Both the position numbers and the translations under genes were made by a program. DNA of 64,000 bases from Lama guanicoe (Eukaryota), in contig MU056000.1 of assembly GCA_013239625.1 (NCBI GenBank), positions 10,863,175-10,927,174 of the forward strand, written 5' to 3'. The notes under the pieces were generated by a model. That model was not told the DNA's origin and ran no database searches. It saw nothing but the letters and a program-made list of their open reading frames with translations. This document shows, piece after piece, positions 35,061 to 49,070 of this stretch (its first letter is position 1; every line of letters starts with the position of its first letter).

Positions 35061-37514
35061 CCTTCTCCCCCTTTTAACAATATAATGGGAACTTGGACCA
35101 AAATCTGTGCCGTCTGAGAACTGAGGTATATTCTTGCCAAAGTGACCCTTCAGCTGGGCTAGAAGCTGGCATGGATACTCCGCACATTAGTGGGACATCG
35201 CAGTTCCTCCTTTGAATTACTATTACGCATTCCCGTAAGAGCCTCTGAGAACTGGGAGGGCAGAGGCAACCAGTTTCAAAAAGACTTCCCTTGTCAATAA
35301 GGAACTTGTCTTGAAACTAGATGTCTTGGAAGACTACATGTCAGGCTTTATATTTTCCCAATTAACATTTACTTCAGACTTCTTGCCAAAGATGAAAAGA
35401 TTTGACAAAGTTGGCTGCCATTGTAATTGTCCCCCTGACCTTTTTCTGAACACAGGAAGTAGGACCATCGATTCAGATTTACATCAATTTACAAACCAGA
35501 GTGGATTATTGCCTGCTAGGTGTATTGCAGAGAAATGAACCTTTAATTGAGGTGACCCAGAGAGGGGAGCTATTTCAGCAGAGACCTTCTGCCCCAAGAA
35601 ATTGGCTTTTAATGACCAGTTTCCTTTCATGCCAGTGCACTAGAGGCAGTTAGGTTCAGGAATTTTTTTTAAGATAATTTTATTCACCTCTGAGAAAGGA
35701 TAGACACGAATTTGCTTTCGTGACAGGGAACTGAGGATGCCGTAGGTCTGCTAAAAAATGTCAGAAAAGGAAGACAACATTGTATGTTGCTAACTAATGG
35801 ACCATCTAAGCAATTAAGCTCTTGACCTTGAAGTTCCCTTATTACAGATCAGCTTATACTGCTAAGACTTATAAAATGACTGCAGACACAAGCCCATGAG
35901 AAATGATAATCACTGACTGCCATTGTTATATGCCATATGTTTCTCCTGCTTTGGGACGATTGGTCTCCTCTTCCTGTTACATTCATGGATTCTGCAAAAA
36001 CTAACACCTGTAAAATAGCCCATTTGAAAATTAGTGTTAATTTGAAATTTTTGTTTCTGGTTTTTATCTTTCCATTTTGTATTCTCCTAGGATACTTAGT
36101 AAGAATGTGTCATCATAATCAAGTTGTGGAACTACTTTCTTGTATGATTTAAAGAAATCGTGCCCACTATTTTATAGTTACTACCCATGTGGTGGGACCA
36201 TCATCTAATGACTCTTCATATTTAAGGAAAGAAAGAAGGCAGGTTTATTGCATTTGAAATAGGCTAAAGAGCAAGGGATTATTTAAATTATAATGATGTT
36301 CTTATACTGACCCCTTATGTGACCTAAAGAAAGTAAAGGGACACACAAATTAGAGCAAAGAGAGCAGCCTGCTAATAAAACAACTGATATTTAAATATAC
36401 TCATCAAACAAACACTCTTTCTGAAGGAGGTTCTGTGTGTAAATATAATGGTGGTAATCTTGCTTTGAGACCCTTCTAATTGAAATGTGATTACTTTTCT
36501 CTTCTGACTAACACTCACTCTCTTAAAGGAGTGGATGGAATAAGGGATGAAAGAAGTACAATGAATAATTTATTTTAATGAGCTTTTAAAATAGAATTTT
36601 CTAAATACTACATATTTGTCATAGTGAAGCACATTATGAATCACAAATAGATTTCCCTTTGGAAATGCTTATTTTAAAAAACTAATATACAGATAAAAAC
36701 AAGCATCCTTTTGTATCAGTCTTGGCAATAACAATCCAGGATTAAAATCAGAAATCTCTTTGTTTGAAAGGAACCCTGAACACATGCAGATGTTGGCAGA
36801 TAGAAAGTGTTGGGAGTATCAGTTTTAGGACAAACCATATTAACCCCACCCACCTCTTGAAAAATTGCTTTATTTTGATATCCCAAAGAGCAAGCCCTTT
36901 TCACTGGTGAGTGCAGTCATCACCGCAATAGCTAAACATGCAGGGAACACATCAGACTGAAAAAATAAACATCAATTTCCTTGCAAAAATCAGTGAGACT
37001 GTGCCCATTCTATTTTGCAAAGGGAAGTCAGTGACCTTTAGCAGGGAGTGTTTCATTCCTGATTGTAGTTACTTCTTTCTTTCAATCTTATATTCTAAAC
37101 TTTTAGGTTTGAAAAAAGCAACACATGAGAAAATGAAACTGTGCTGCAAAGTCGGCTAGTGTCTTGAAATCTGCGGATATCAGAAAACCCAGAGGTGGGC
37201 TGCCCATGGTAGCATGGCAAACATGCATTGGGATACTCAATCCTCCCCCCTCCCCTCCCTCCCCAGGGAGTTTCCTGGGGTTGGGGGATGACGAAGACTT
37301 ACAATACTAGTAATCCAACATATTTGCTTCCCCCAAAAGAAGTTTTCATAACAACAATCCCAAGCCCTGTTAACTGCCCAAAGTGTGTCTGTTAAAGGAA
37401 ATTTATCTTTATTGAACCATTTCCCATTTCTTTCTTTGAAGATCACTGTTTTGTTCCTCATATTCAGAGAAGCAGTGTAGGAAAAGCAATGGTATTTTAC
37501 AAGTCTTAGGTGAG

Positions 37515-37680
37515 TTACTTTAAAACAAGGAGGTTATGTGCAGGAAACCCTCTAGTGGGAACCTCAGCTTGGATGTTGCAGGGTCTTTGATCTCTCTCCT
37601 CTCTGCTCTGTTGGAGAAGAGGCTGCTCCCAGCTCCTGCTGACCCAGCTATGTTCTCAGCCATAGCAATATTTTGATACC
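37515..37680. mobile_element. ERVL-like LTR fragment
   Basis: ttatgtgcaggaaaccctctagtgggaacctcagcttggatgttgcaggg...gctgctcccagctcctgctgacccagc. Confidence 0.4.
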
Positions 37681-38503
37681 TGTGGTTTTCTGGCCTCTAG
37701 AGGTTGTGTGTTTGGCGATGGGGAGGGTGAGGGAGCAGGCAGCAGATCAAGGAGTTTTGCTTGAGATGTGGAATTGAAATCTAGGGGTAAAGTCTGAGAA
37801 TTCTGCAAGTCTTAGACCCGGCTTGCTGACCTCTTGTCTCTACTATATAGTAAGCCTCCAGTACTGCTAGTTTGGAGTCTGCTTTCCGAAGAAAATTCAG
37901 ACCAAGATGAACAAAGACACACAGCTTAACGAAAGATAATGATGAAGTTAATAATCCTAAATGTATTTAAGTAGTAACATAAAACTAAACGTATTTAAAC
38001 CAGACTCAATCAATCAAGCATTTGAAAAAATCATTAAATACCTACAGGTTCATTTGTCTATCTATCTCAAACCTGTCTCAAGACTATATTGTCAAAATAT
38101 TAACTAAAGTTACATGAACTCACACAAAATAATACTAGGAGACATTTTTTACCGTGTCAAGTAATACCTTCAGTTCTTGTTTATATGTGGTTCTCTTGGG
38201 GTGAGAACTTTCTCCATGTTGCAACCCAAACCAGTTAATAGGGGCCAACTGGTGGCAGAAATCCTGGCCAAGGGAAGAGGGGAGAGTTCTTAATTACTTC
38301 CACTGCCAGGAAGAGTTAGGAAAATCAAGCCTTTGAAGGTAAAAGGGTCACCTCACGTTAAGATGAACACTGTCTTGGAAATAGACAGGTGGTTGCTCTT
38401 TGATTTCATTTGTATAAGATAAGTTGTATTCCCAGAATATTTAAAATAATGTCATATTACACTGCAGTGATTTTTGGAAACCATAGCTTCAGTTAGCTAT
38501 CTT

Positions 38504-40183
38504 TTTTTTCTTTCTTTTTTTTTTTAGTTGAGGTATAGCTGATTTACAGTATTATGTTAATTTCAGGTGTACAACATAGTGATTCAAAGTTTTCATGGAT
38601 TATACTCCATTTAAAGTTATTGTAAAATATTGGCTATATTCCCTATGCTGTGCAATATATCATTGTATCTTATTTATTTTATACATAGTAGTTTGTGCTT
38701 CTTAATTTCCTACCCCTATCGTGCCCCTTCCCTCTTCCCTCTTCCACTGGTAACCACTAGTTTGTTCTTTATATCTGTGAGTCTGATTCTGCTTTGTAAT
38801 ATTCATTCACTTATTTTATTTCCTTAGATTTCACATATAAGTGATAACATAGAGTATTTGTCTTTCTCTGTCTGACTCATTTCACTAAGCTTAATACCCT
38901 CCAGGTCTATCCATGTTGTTGCAAATGGCAGAATTTCATTTTTATGGCTGAGTAGTATTCCATTGTATATATTTATGTGTGTGTGTGTGTGTATAATCAC
39001 ATCTTCTTTATCCATTAATCTGTTAATGGCCACTAGGTTGGTTCCATACTTTGACAATTGTAAATAATGATGCTATGAACATTGGGATGTACATATCTTT
39101 TCAAATTAGTGTTTTCGTTTTTTCAGATATATACCCAGGAGTGGAATTGCTAGCTCATGTGGTAGTTCTATTTTTCCTTTTTTAAGAAACCTCCATACTG
39201 TCTTCCACAGCAGCTGTACCAATTTACATTCCAGTCAATGATGTATGAGGGTTCCCTTTTCTCCACATCCTTGCCAATACTTTTTATTTCTTCTTTTTGA
39301 CAATATTCATTCTGACAGGTGTGAGGTACTATCCCATTGTGATTTTGATGTGCATTTCCCTGATGATTAGTGATGTTGAGCATCTTTTCATGTACCTGTT
39401 GGCCATGTGCACTTTTTTACATGTAGCTGTCCAGTTTTCCCAGCACCACTTACTGAAGAGATTGTCTTGTCTCCATTGTATATTCTTGCTCCTTTATCGT
39501 AGATTAATTGACCACAAGTGTGTGGGTTTATTTCTGGGCTCTCTATTCTGTTCCATTGATCTATGTGCCTGTTTTTGTGTCAGTACCATACTATTTTGAT
39601 AATTGTGGCTCTGTAGTATAGTCTTAAGTCAGGGAGTGTGATACCTCCAGTTTTGTTCTTTCTCAAGATTGCTTTGGCTACTTAGGGTCTTTTGTATTTC
39701 CATACAAATTTTAGAAGTATTGGTTCCAGTCCTGTGAAAAGTGCCACTGTTATTTTGATAGAGATTGTATTGACTCTGTAGATTGCCTTGGGTAGTATGG
39801 TCATTTTAACAATATTAATTCTTCCAATCCAGGAACAGGGTTTATCTTTCTGTTTCTGTCATCTTCAATTTCTTTCATCAGTGTCTTATAGCTTTCTGAG
39901 TACAGGTCTTTTATCTCCTTAGTTAGATTTTTTTCTAGGTACTTTATTCTTTTTGATGTGGCCATAAATGGGATTGACTCCTTAATTTACCTTTCTGATA
40001 GTTCATTGTTCTTGTATAGAAATACAACAGATTTCTGTACACTAATTTTGCAGCTTTCCGGAATTCACTGATGAACTGTAGTAGTTAGTGTTTTCTATGT
40101 GTAGTTATCATGTCATCTGCAAACAGTGACACTTTTCTTCTTCCTTTCCAATTTATTTATTTTTCTTATCTGATTGCTGTGGC
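38504..40183 (-). mobile_element. 5'-truncated L1 (~1.7 kb) with an internal deletion near 39410
   Basis: T-tail at 38504-38525, 3'UTR, ORF2 remnants (EILPFATTWIDLEGIKLSEMSQTEKDKY). Diverged TSD cagttagctatct / cagttatctatat. Confidence 0.92.
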
Positions 40184-42539
40184 AGTTATCTATATTTGAA
40201 CACATTCAAGGTTCTGTTAATTTTGTAACTCTGGAAATTCATCCACATAAGAAAGTATTTGCTAAGGGGATCTGGGACCCCTCTAGATGGTTACATAGCA
40301 TAATACAGAAAGAAGAATGCATGCACAGCTATTTGTTAAGCAAATATTGTTTAGTTTCAGGCAAGTTTATTGGTAGCAAGATTTTATTTACTATGTAAAT
40401 TTAAGCTTCTTTCTCTGGCAATAAACAATGCTTAATTTTTTAGCTTTAGACTTAAAATTTCTACTATCAGTTTTTGAATAGTCTTTGAATTCTCTTCAAT
40501 ACATTGTATACTATGCTCAATTGTTCATTTGTTCATTCATTCATTCTTTTCCATGTATTCATCCCATGCCCTTGGATAAGAACAGGAAACCATCCTATCC
40601 CTGCTGTTGAGGAATCCACTATCTAGAAAGTTTGCTGATGAATGATTTACTATAATGCATCTATAAATGACAATAAAAGGGCTTGAAATACACACTTAAG
40701 GCCAGAAGAATTAACACAGTAAATCAAATTGGAAAATGAAAAGGTTGATGAATCCTGAAGTGTGTGAATGTAGCTTGGAAGATCTTCGAAGGCAAAAATC
40801 TCATATTCTTATTCTGAATTCCTCAAAACAACTGGAGCATGTTTGGTGGATAGTCATCTTATGCTTGTTAAATGAATTCCACATATTAAAATGTTAAAAG
40901 GCAACAGACCATAAACTGCTGACCCGTTGGCTTGTTGTTGAGACACATTGAATTCAGAATATTTTGACAGAAGATTAAGTGCTATATGATTCTTCAGTTT
41001 CCATCCTCCATCTATTTTCAGTTATTTTCATTATATTACCCACATCTCTCAAGAGTTCAATTCTTTCTACTTCTGTTTCATTGTTCTAGACAGTTTTTTA
41101 CACTTTAGAAATGTTCAGCAGAGTGTTTTGTTAATTCACTATTTTTCAAGTAAGATTAATTTTCACATTTCCCACAGGTTCAGTCTTTAATTTTCTACAT
41201 TATATGAGTAGAAAAATATAGCAACAATGGGTAGATGAGGTTTTAAATCACAAGATTTGGGGCCAAGTTGATGGAATATAGAAGGATAAAAATCTCTCCC
41301 TTTTTCTCTCTCTCCCACCTTCTTTCTTGCTGTCTCATAAACACCAGTAGTGTGCTTTAGGAATACTTGTAGGTAGCTCTAAAATTCAAACCAAAACCCA
41401 AAGAGTAAGCAAGCTAAGGAGTCTATAAATAATTAAGCAGAAAAAACCAAGCTCTACCATCCTCAGTGGATTTGTTAAATGTGTATGTTTCCTCCAGTCT
41501 TGGGCCCAAACTTCTCTTTATTATTCCTCAAAGAAGCATTTTTTGATTTTATGAGAGAAAGTTGTTTATTTCCTCAACACTTCTGTTTGTGACTGGGCAA
41601 AAAGTTCATCTCTAGCTCTTTGGAGAAGATTGTTGAAACCCATTTGAAAAAGCCACTTAATTGACTCATCCTGGGAAAAGCAACAACTCTTTCTAGAGTA
41701 CTCAGAGTGGCCTTAGGGATTTTATTTATTATAGTTCTACAGAGTACATGTCAATCCAGAAGGCTTAAATTTAGTTATCTACACAAAAGAAAATCCCTTA
41801 AGTAGAGTATTTCCTTTTGTTAATGCTAAGTGAAGAAAATAGAAGGTGGTCAGTCTTTTTGCTGTGGGATAAATTACAAGGTGGAAGAAAACTGTCTAAG
41901 TAGCTCAGGAAATTTAGTAGTCACATAGGGACTGGCTCAGAGTTGTCAACATGGTCTTAAAGAGAGTCATTCTGATCTTTGAACTTTGAGGCTTACGAAA
42001 GATGCTTTCATTTCTAAGAAGGCACTTTACTTTTGCTCTTTTCTGGCATGGCCGTTTATATCTTTCTGCCATTTTTTTCTCCTTGCCTTAATGAGCATGT
42101 ACCTCAAGAATGCCACACTTTATAGCTACTGGCTTTATATTATTACTGCTTCATTTCCCTTACAAAATTCCTCAAAACTGTCTATTCCCTCATCTTCCAT
42201 TCACTCTCAATTCATTACAGTCTGACTTCTTCTTTCACTCTTCTAAGAATACATTAACTTCCGGGGTGGGGGGGACAACAAAAACTCAAAAAAGTTTTTT
42301 TAAGTTGTATATTATTTCCCTTTAAAAGATCTTAAAGGCTAAATAGCTTTGAATTTTGAACAAGTGCTAACCCACTGATGTCAAGGCAAAGAGAAAATGG
42401 CTTTTTAATTTTTTTTTAAAGGAAGGAAACAAACAGCTTCTGCAAGATGGGGAAAATTACATGCCTAGGACTCTCTTTCCTAGAGAAGCAGCAGTGGCAT
42501 TGCAGAGAAAAAATACAATTTTATTGAAGAAGCTTAGGT

Positions 42540-43700
42540 CTTTTGGGCAAAACTTTGAAGAGAGACAATGGAAAATGACAATCAGATGGCTTATTCTAAG
42601 ATCCCACCTTACTTGGTATTTCTCTGTTCTCCCACACTCTTGTCCCCTATCTTTATCTGGCAGCCTTCTCCCATGACTCTTCACCCTCATTGACTTTCTC
42701 ACAGCAGGACCTTTTGGCTCTCCACCTGCTCCCTCTCAGTCGTCTTCTCAGCTCATTTAGTCTCATCTCAGCCTTCAGTGACAGGATTCTCCAAGACCTG
42801 ATTTCAGTTCTCTCTGCCATGCATATCCACCCTTATGCCTCAACTACTTCCCACAGGCTATTGGCTCCCAGTCACTCTTTCCATACCTGATCCCTCCTCT
42901 GAGCTCAAGACCCACATTTCCATTTTCCCAAGGCCAATCTCAACTTACTTCTCTCTTGGGCACCTTAAACTTAACAGGTTATAACTAGTCGTTTACTCCC
43001 CTCCACTCCCCTCCCCCAAACTGTGTTACTCCCTGTATAAACTGCCCGTGAAAATGGAATCATCTTGCCTTGATGTCTTCTTTCACACCCTCATCCTCCA
43101 TATCCAGTCATGCTCAAATCCTTATCAGGTCTACTTCCTAAATAGCTGCTCCATCTGTTCTCTTTATTCTCGTAACCACTCACCACCTGTCATTGGGCCA
43201 CTGAAATTGTCTCTTGCCTACTTCCCCTCTCCCTGTCTTCTTTCTTCTCCACATTTCTCCAAATAGGTAATAGCTTAATTTTTTAATGGAAAAAATTACT
43301 ACATAAAAATTACTACCTAAAAACTTATTACTACCTAAAAATCTGACAGTGGCTTTCAGTCACTCTAAAACCTAAAATAAATTCAAATATTTTAGCTTGT
43401 CTTATAAGAACTTACAAACTCTGGCTCCAGGTTGCTTGGCAAGCTTTGTTTTCTACAGGGTCTTTCTCTGCACCAAGTCAAACATGCCAGGATCCCTTTT
43501 GACTTCTTGCCTTTTCCTTCACTTGGAACTTCGCTTTGATTGTATAATTGAAGACTGACTACCTGTCCAACAAGCTGAAATGTGGACCTTGCAATGGCTT
43601 TTCTCAATCTTCTTTCATTCCGCAGGTTTTGATCCATATCTCTGTTATAACACCATAGAAGATGCTGAGGATATCTCATCTGTAACCAAAGGAAGCCTGA
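42540..43700 (+). mobile_element. L2 ORF2/3' region, decayed
   Basis: Pyrimidine-rich: cctctgagctcaagacccacatttcc...caccttaaacttaac...catatccagtcatgctcaaatcct...cagtggcttt. Confidence 0.7.
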
Positions 43701-43714
43701 AATTACAGTTAATC

Positions 43715-43875
43715 CATCTGACATAGATTCCTGGTTCTACCACTTCTCTAAGTGTGATCATGGATAAGACATGTAACTTATTTTAAAAACAGATTTAATA
43801 ATAAACCACCTAATATGTGAGGAATAAATAATGTGAAAGGAGTTTATAAACATTGGCATTTTGTAAATATGCTAT
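43715..43875 (-). mobile_element. MIR
   Basis: gattcctggttctaccactt...gtgtgatcatggataagacatgtaact...tgtgaggaataaataatgtgaaag. Confidence 0.65.
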
Positions 43876-44201
43876 TGTTTGCTATCCTTGAACAATTTTT
43901 ACTCATATGTACTCTTCTCTTTCTAGGCTTCAGCAGCTACTTCATTTTTGCAGAGTGGCAGAAAAATATGTTATTTACCATATTTCACTCTTGCTACTGT
44001 TGTTCCTATACTTGACTCTTTTTACCTACTGGATTATATGTTCCTGGGCCTGGAGACCATGTCATATTCATCATTGCAAACCTTACACTGTCTAGAATTT
44101 ATAAGAAGCTTATTTAATATTTGGTGATTGAATATGAACCCTATATTAAATTATTAGAATTAGTGAATATTAGAACTACTGCATTTTTCTGTCCTTTAAG
44201 C

Positions 44202-44394
44202 CAGCAGTTCTCACCCGGAGGTGATTTTCGTCCCAGGGGACATTTGATAAATGTAAAGACTTTTTCATTGTCCCCACTGGGGGTTGAGAGGATGCCATGA
44301 AGTTTAGTGGATGGAGGCCAGGGATGCTGCCAACACGCTACAACAAGGAATTTTCCAGTTCAAATGCCAGTAGTGATGAGGTTGAGAAATCCTG
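44202..44394 (+). mobile_element. MER20 (hAT-Charlie) non-autonomous DNA transposon
   Basis: TIR-like cagcagttctca...tgagaaatcctg; internal ggaggccagggatgctgc; 8-bp TSD ctttaagc (44194-44201) / ctttaaac (44395-44402). Confidence 0.9.
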
Positions 44395-47300
44395 CTTTAA
44401 ACTAAAAAGATTATCTACAAGAACAGCCATCTTGGCCAAAATAGGCTTGTGCTACTAATAATAACCAGAAATATGAAATAAATATTACTTAAATAGGTCC
44501 AATATTTCATCAGAAAAATAGCTCTGACATCTTGGGGATTTCTGAAAGTTTTGCTTTGAGAATTTTTCTAAGATTTCTTTTTCTTTCTTCCTGGTATGAA
44601 TTTTTATTATCCTCATAGTTCATCTCAACTTACAGGATAATTTCAATAGTGTAATACTTCACTTGCTTTAAAAATTTGGTTTAATATTTCATAAAAAAAA
44701 TGGCAAACCGATCCCAACTTTGCATATATTTTTAAAAAGTAATGTCAATGTTTTCAATAGCCAGTGTTTAACTTTTAGAAGTATAATCATAGAATAAAAT
44801 ATTCCTATGAGTATGTTTAATTTTTTATTATTCAAACATTATTTTGCAATTGAGGAATTAAATGTAAAGGGTATGCTAAGGATAAAGAAATAGGGAAAAT
44901 ACTCTTTATGTTTGTTTAAGACCTAAGATATCCATTTACTACTTCATCGATCTTAGGCAAGTTATGGTAATGGGAAAGCAGTGACAGGATGGTTAGCTTG
45001 GAAATCTGAGAAGCTGTGGCAAGATTCTTTTAAACTAGAAAAAGGACTTTTACTCTATTGCCTTTCTTCCTTGCCACCTTTCTTCTCAGTTGTTAAGGGT
45101 GCGGCACAGCCTGAAAACCAGCTTGATCCTTAGCTTGGACTACACGGCAATGTAGTCCAGTAGAATTCCAGGAAATGCGAGAGCTGTGACATTTCTGCCA
45201 TCTTCCTGCTAAGACATTGCCCTGCTGTATCTTTTGACACTGAGATCGTATAGGAGAATAAGAGTACGAATTCGTTTTCCACACCGAGAGGTTAAGTTTT
45301 CACCTCCTTTCTCTCAGTTTGACAACACACATAATTTTTCTAGTGCTCCTTTTTTAAAAAATGAGAATAATGGCAATATTAATACTAATACTTATCCTTC
45401 ATAAGTGGAACTACTGGTTTGTGGGTCAGGTTTAATTATGTTTATGGCTTTTTGAAAGCGAGTGCACCATAAAAATGGTATACGTTGTTGTGTAATGAGT
45501 ATGCACTTGAATTTGAGGAGAGACACAAAGATTTTTAAAGCTTTTAGATGTGTCCTCTTTTTCTAACAGTATGACAGTAAGTGACAATTTTCCTTCTGGA
45601 GGATCCCAGGAGCTGTTGTGTTTGGCCACTGTCCTTGAAGGTAGAGCAAGTTGTTTGTGAGGAGAAGTTGATAGAAAATGTGCTAAACCAACCCTCTCTT
45701 TTTTTAACTTCAAAAATCAGACTCTAATTATAGATATCTTTTCCATATTGAACCACCACTAATTTAACCAAAAACATGTGTATGTAACAAAAGAACTCGT
45801 AAAAGGAACATTTGAGGTTTCACATGGATTTCTGTAAAAGACAAACACAGTAAAATCACAGAATTGGCTGATGGACGTTCTGCTACACTAAAGCTATAAA
45901 GGTTTTATTGAATCTTTGGGACTTATAACATCCATTCATCCTTTAAGAGAAACTAAAGGTCTTAATCCGTAGAGGATCTTTCCCCTGCTTCCCAGAGAAA
46001 CAAATCCTCCCACCTTGAATGGCCCAGTGCAGAGCTTTCTGGAACCTGGTGTGATTTGCATTTCTGATCTCCATCCAACCCTGCATCGTTTGTGCTAAGG
46101 AGAGGTTTCAACCCTGTCACTGAGCTATGACTTGATATTAAGCACTTAGCACTGAAGCTATTGCAGTATGTTTCCGATGAGAAAAGTGTCCATTTTGCAA
46201 CTTATCCCGGAAAGATGCCTAATAATGCCAAGAACACTAAATAGACGTTCACCAAATACCGTAAATTTGACTCACACTCAAAATTAAAATGCTCAGAGTA
46301 TGACACCCAGAGACCACTTGCTATCCAAGGCTGACAAATGGACTTGCAGTCCAAGGCCCCATGGAAAAGCCTTCCGTGTTTTAGAGTGATACTGAGAAAA
46401 ATTATTCAATAAGTTGAATTCAATAAACACTTCCCTTACCTTGATGCAGCCTACTTACACATACCCATTTTCCTTGTCTCTTCTCATAAACGGTTAAGAG
46501 GAGTCTTTGAGAAGTCAGGCAAACCAATATGCTAGACCGTGGATCGTAGGGGCCATCAGCTAGCTAAGACAGAAAATGTCTGTTGTAATGTTACACTTCT
46601 TAGAAATGAGATAGGAAGGTGGACAATGTCTACTACATAGTTATTTAAGTCTTTCATAAATTATAGGAGCCCAGGTTATGCATGTCCATAGTCCTGAGCA
46701 CAACAGCTTCTTATGAAACAAACAGAGAAGACAGAGATTTCTGGGAGAAGATGACTTTTCTTTTTTCATTTTGGATTCAAGGTATTTGGAGGTACTACTT
46801 TATTTTGTATCATTAAAATTCCGTCATGGTAATAAAAGTAATTGTGAAGGCATCACCTACAACGATCACTGGATTATTGGGTGATACGCATGCTAGTTAT
46901 TTTGTAGGGTGTTATTATTATTTCTGGGCTAAATATTTTTAGCAAGCATTAATTAGAAAGAAATATCTGGGTAAAGGTGGCAGAATAATTCAGGATCACA
47001 AACATTTTCCCAATATCTATGAAAATAAATTAGTTAAAGTTTTAAAAATAGCTAAAATCTACTAGTAGTAACTGAAATAGGGAACATACACAATTTTATG
47101 GTAAAACCTTCAAAAGGTGTCATCACAGGAAAGCACAACAAATGGTTCTGATGGGTGTGAGCAACAGCCTGACCGATAGCCATAAGCAGTACTAAGGAAA
47201 GAACGATAATCAACAAAATGTTTTGACATTTCATCTGTATAGGGGTAATTGGTTTTCTGTAATCAAAGGATTGAACAAATGGAACAGAAAAATGCATAGA

Positions 47301-47420
47301 GGTGCAATGCAGGAAACTCTCCCTAAATAAAGGAAGAAATAAACTGTATATGAAAATGGCATGTGGTATACAAGGAAAATTTGATAAAGAAGAGTTTACA
47401 TGGAAATGTTATTCCAAACA

Positions 47421-47643
47421 TAGTTGACCCTTCCTTGAACAACACGGTTTTGAACTTTGAGGGTTCACTTATATGCAGATTTTTTTCAATAGTAAATAAC
47501 AACGGTTGGTAGCACCTGTTCATGCAGAACCATGGATATGGAGCAACCAGGTATAGGAAGGACCAGCTACAAATTATATGTGGATTTTCCAATGGAGGGT
47601 CATAATCCCTAACCCCTTTCCTGAAGGGTTCAAAGGTCAACTG
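47421..47643 (+). mobile_element. Tigger2a/MER8-like MITE
   Basis: TIRs agttgacccttc...ttgaac and gttcaaaggtcaactg; internal aacacggttttgaact...cacttatatgcagatttttt. Confidence 0.85.
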
Positions 47644-47659
47644 GAAAAGCCAAGACCTT

Positions 47660-48120
47660 CAGTTGCCTCAAGGCCTTATGTGACATTTGTCTCCATTTTC
47701 TCTCTGACCACATCTTTTACTTATTCTTAGTATTACCATCTCTGCACTGGCTGTACTTGCTTCCTCACTGTTATTGAACACACCATGGTAGGAGGCTAAT
47801 GCCTCATGATCTTTGTCTGGAAGGCTCCTCACCAGTAGGCACATGCCCAGATTCTTTACCCCCATGAAGTCTTTGTTCAAATGTCACTTGCCCAGTAAGT
47901 GTTAAAACTGACACGTAATATCCAGCTCTTTCTGTGCTATTTTCCTGCTTGAGTTTCTCCATAGCAGTTACTACCTTCCAATATATTATGTAATTTACTT
48001 TTCATTTTAGTTTTATGCATCCCCACTTCTATGTATGTGACCTGAGAACAAGGTCTCTTACTACTTTATTTCAGTACTAAGAAAAATGACCAGCATATTG
48101 TGAATGATCAATAAATACTA
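47660..48120 (+). mobile_element. L2 3' region
   Basis: ttattgaacacacc...tctggaaggctc...gttcaaatgtcactt...caataaatac. Confidence 0.7.
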
Positions 48121-48124
48121 AAAC

Positions 48125-48739
48125 TGAGCAGAACCCTTTTGGACCCTCTTGGGTATATGAGTCTTCTGCATTCCTTTGTCTCTTGAAGTAAAAGGCTTTG
48201 CTTCACGCCTCCCCTGAGTCTCAAAAGGCTGGCTCAAGAGTTAATAATTAGGAAAATGTGAACATGTGATAAAGAATAGCTGTTGTGTTGGGAAACTGGT
48301 AAAAATTTAAACAATAGATCAACCCTATAGCAGAGTCCCAGGACCGTTAGTTACTCCCTAAAGGACATAGATAACGATGTCTGACGCACATTTCTAAGTG
48401 GTCTTTACAGAAACTAGACCCCTTCCCCAATATGGACACTGCTGATCACAATCATGTAGACTCTAGACCATTTGGGACCAGAGGTTGATGAGCAAGATTC
48501 CTGAAACATCACCCTGTTACCTCCACACCAACAAATCAGAAGAAAGTCCGTGAGCTGATCAAGCACCCTGCAACTCACACCCCTAATGTTGCCTTTAAAA
48601 CCCCTTCCCTGAAGGCCATCAAGGAGTTCAGGTCATTTGAGCTCTAGCTTTCCATTCTCCTTACTTGGCTCCCTGCAATAAAGGCTGTACTTTTCTTCCA
48701 TACCTTGGGTGAGCAGACCAAAATCCAGGTTCAGTAACA
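48125..48739 (+). mobile_element. ERV solo LTR (MER73/74/54-like)
   Basis: TG start; gcctttaaaacccc...caaggagttcagg; gcaataaaggctgtactttt; end ggttcagtaaca. Confidence 0.75.
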
Positions 48740-48865
48740 ATATCTATGAAATGAATAATGTTTGTGGATTATTACATGCAAGAAAACCTAGAAAGCTGTG
48801 TTCAAAGAACAAACAGGAATTAATACTTAAGCGCATTAAGGTACCTGGACTAAGTCCCACCGGGA

Positions 48866-49070
48866 CAGTGGTGTGCTAGCGCCCGCATGCACCAGCTCAC
48901 ACAGCCAACTGTGAACATGTCTTCCCAACTCTGCGTTCAGTGACATCATGTGGTGGCCTAAAATCAGCCCTGAAAACATTCGCACCAAAAAACAAAATCA
49001 GCAAATGCTACACATGAGGAGTTTTCCTTTCCCTCAAGCTGGTTATTAAACATTTACCAGAACATGACTA
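48866..49070. mobile_element. MER63-like hAT (Blackjack) element
   Basis: cagtggtgtgctag...cttcccaactctgcgttcagtgacatca...gctggttattaaacatttaccagaaca. Confidence 0.75.
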
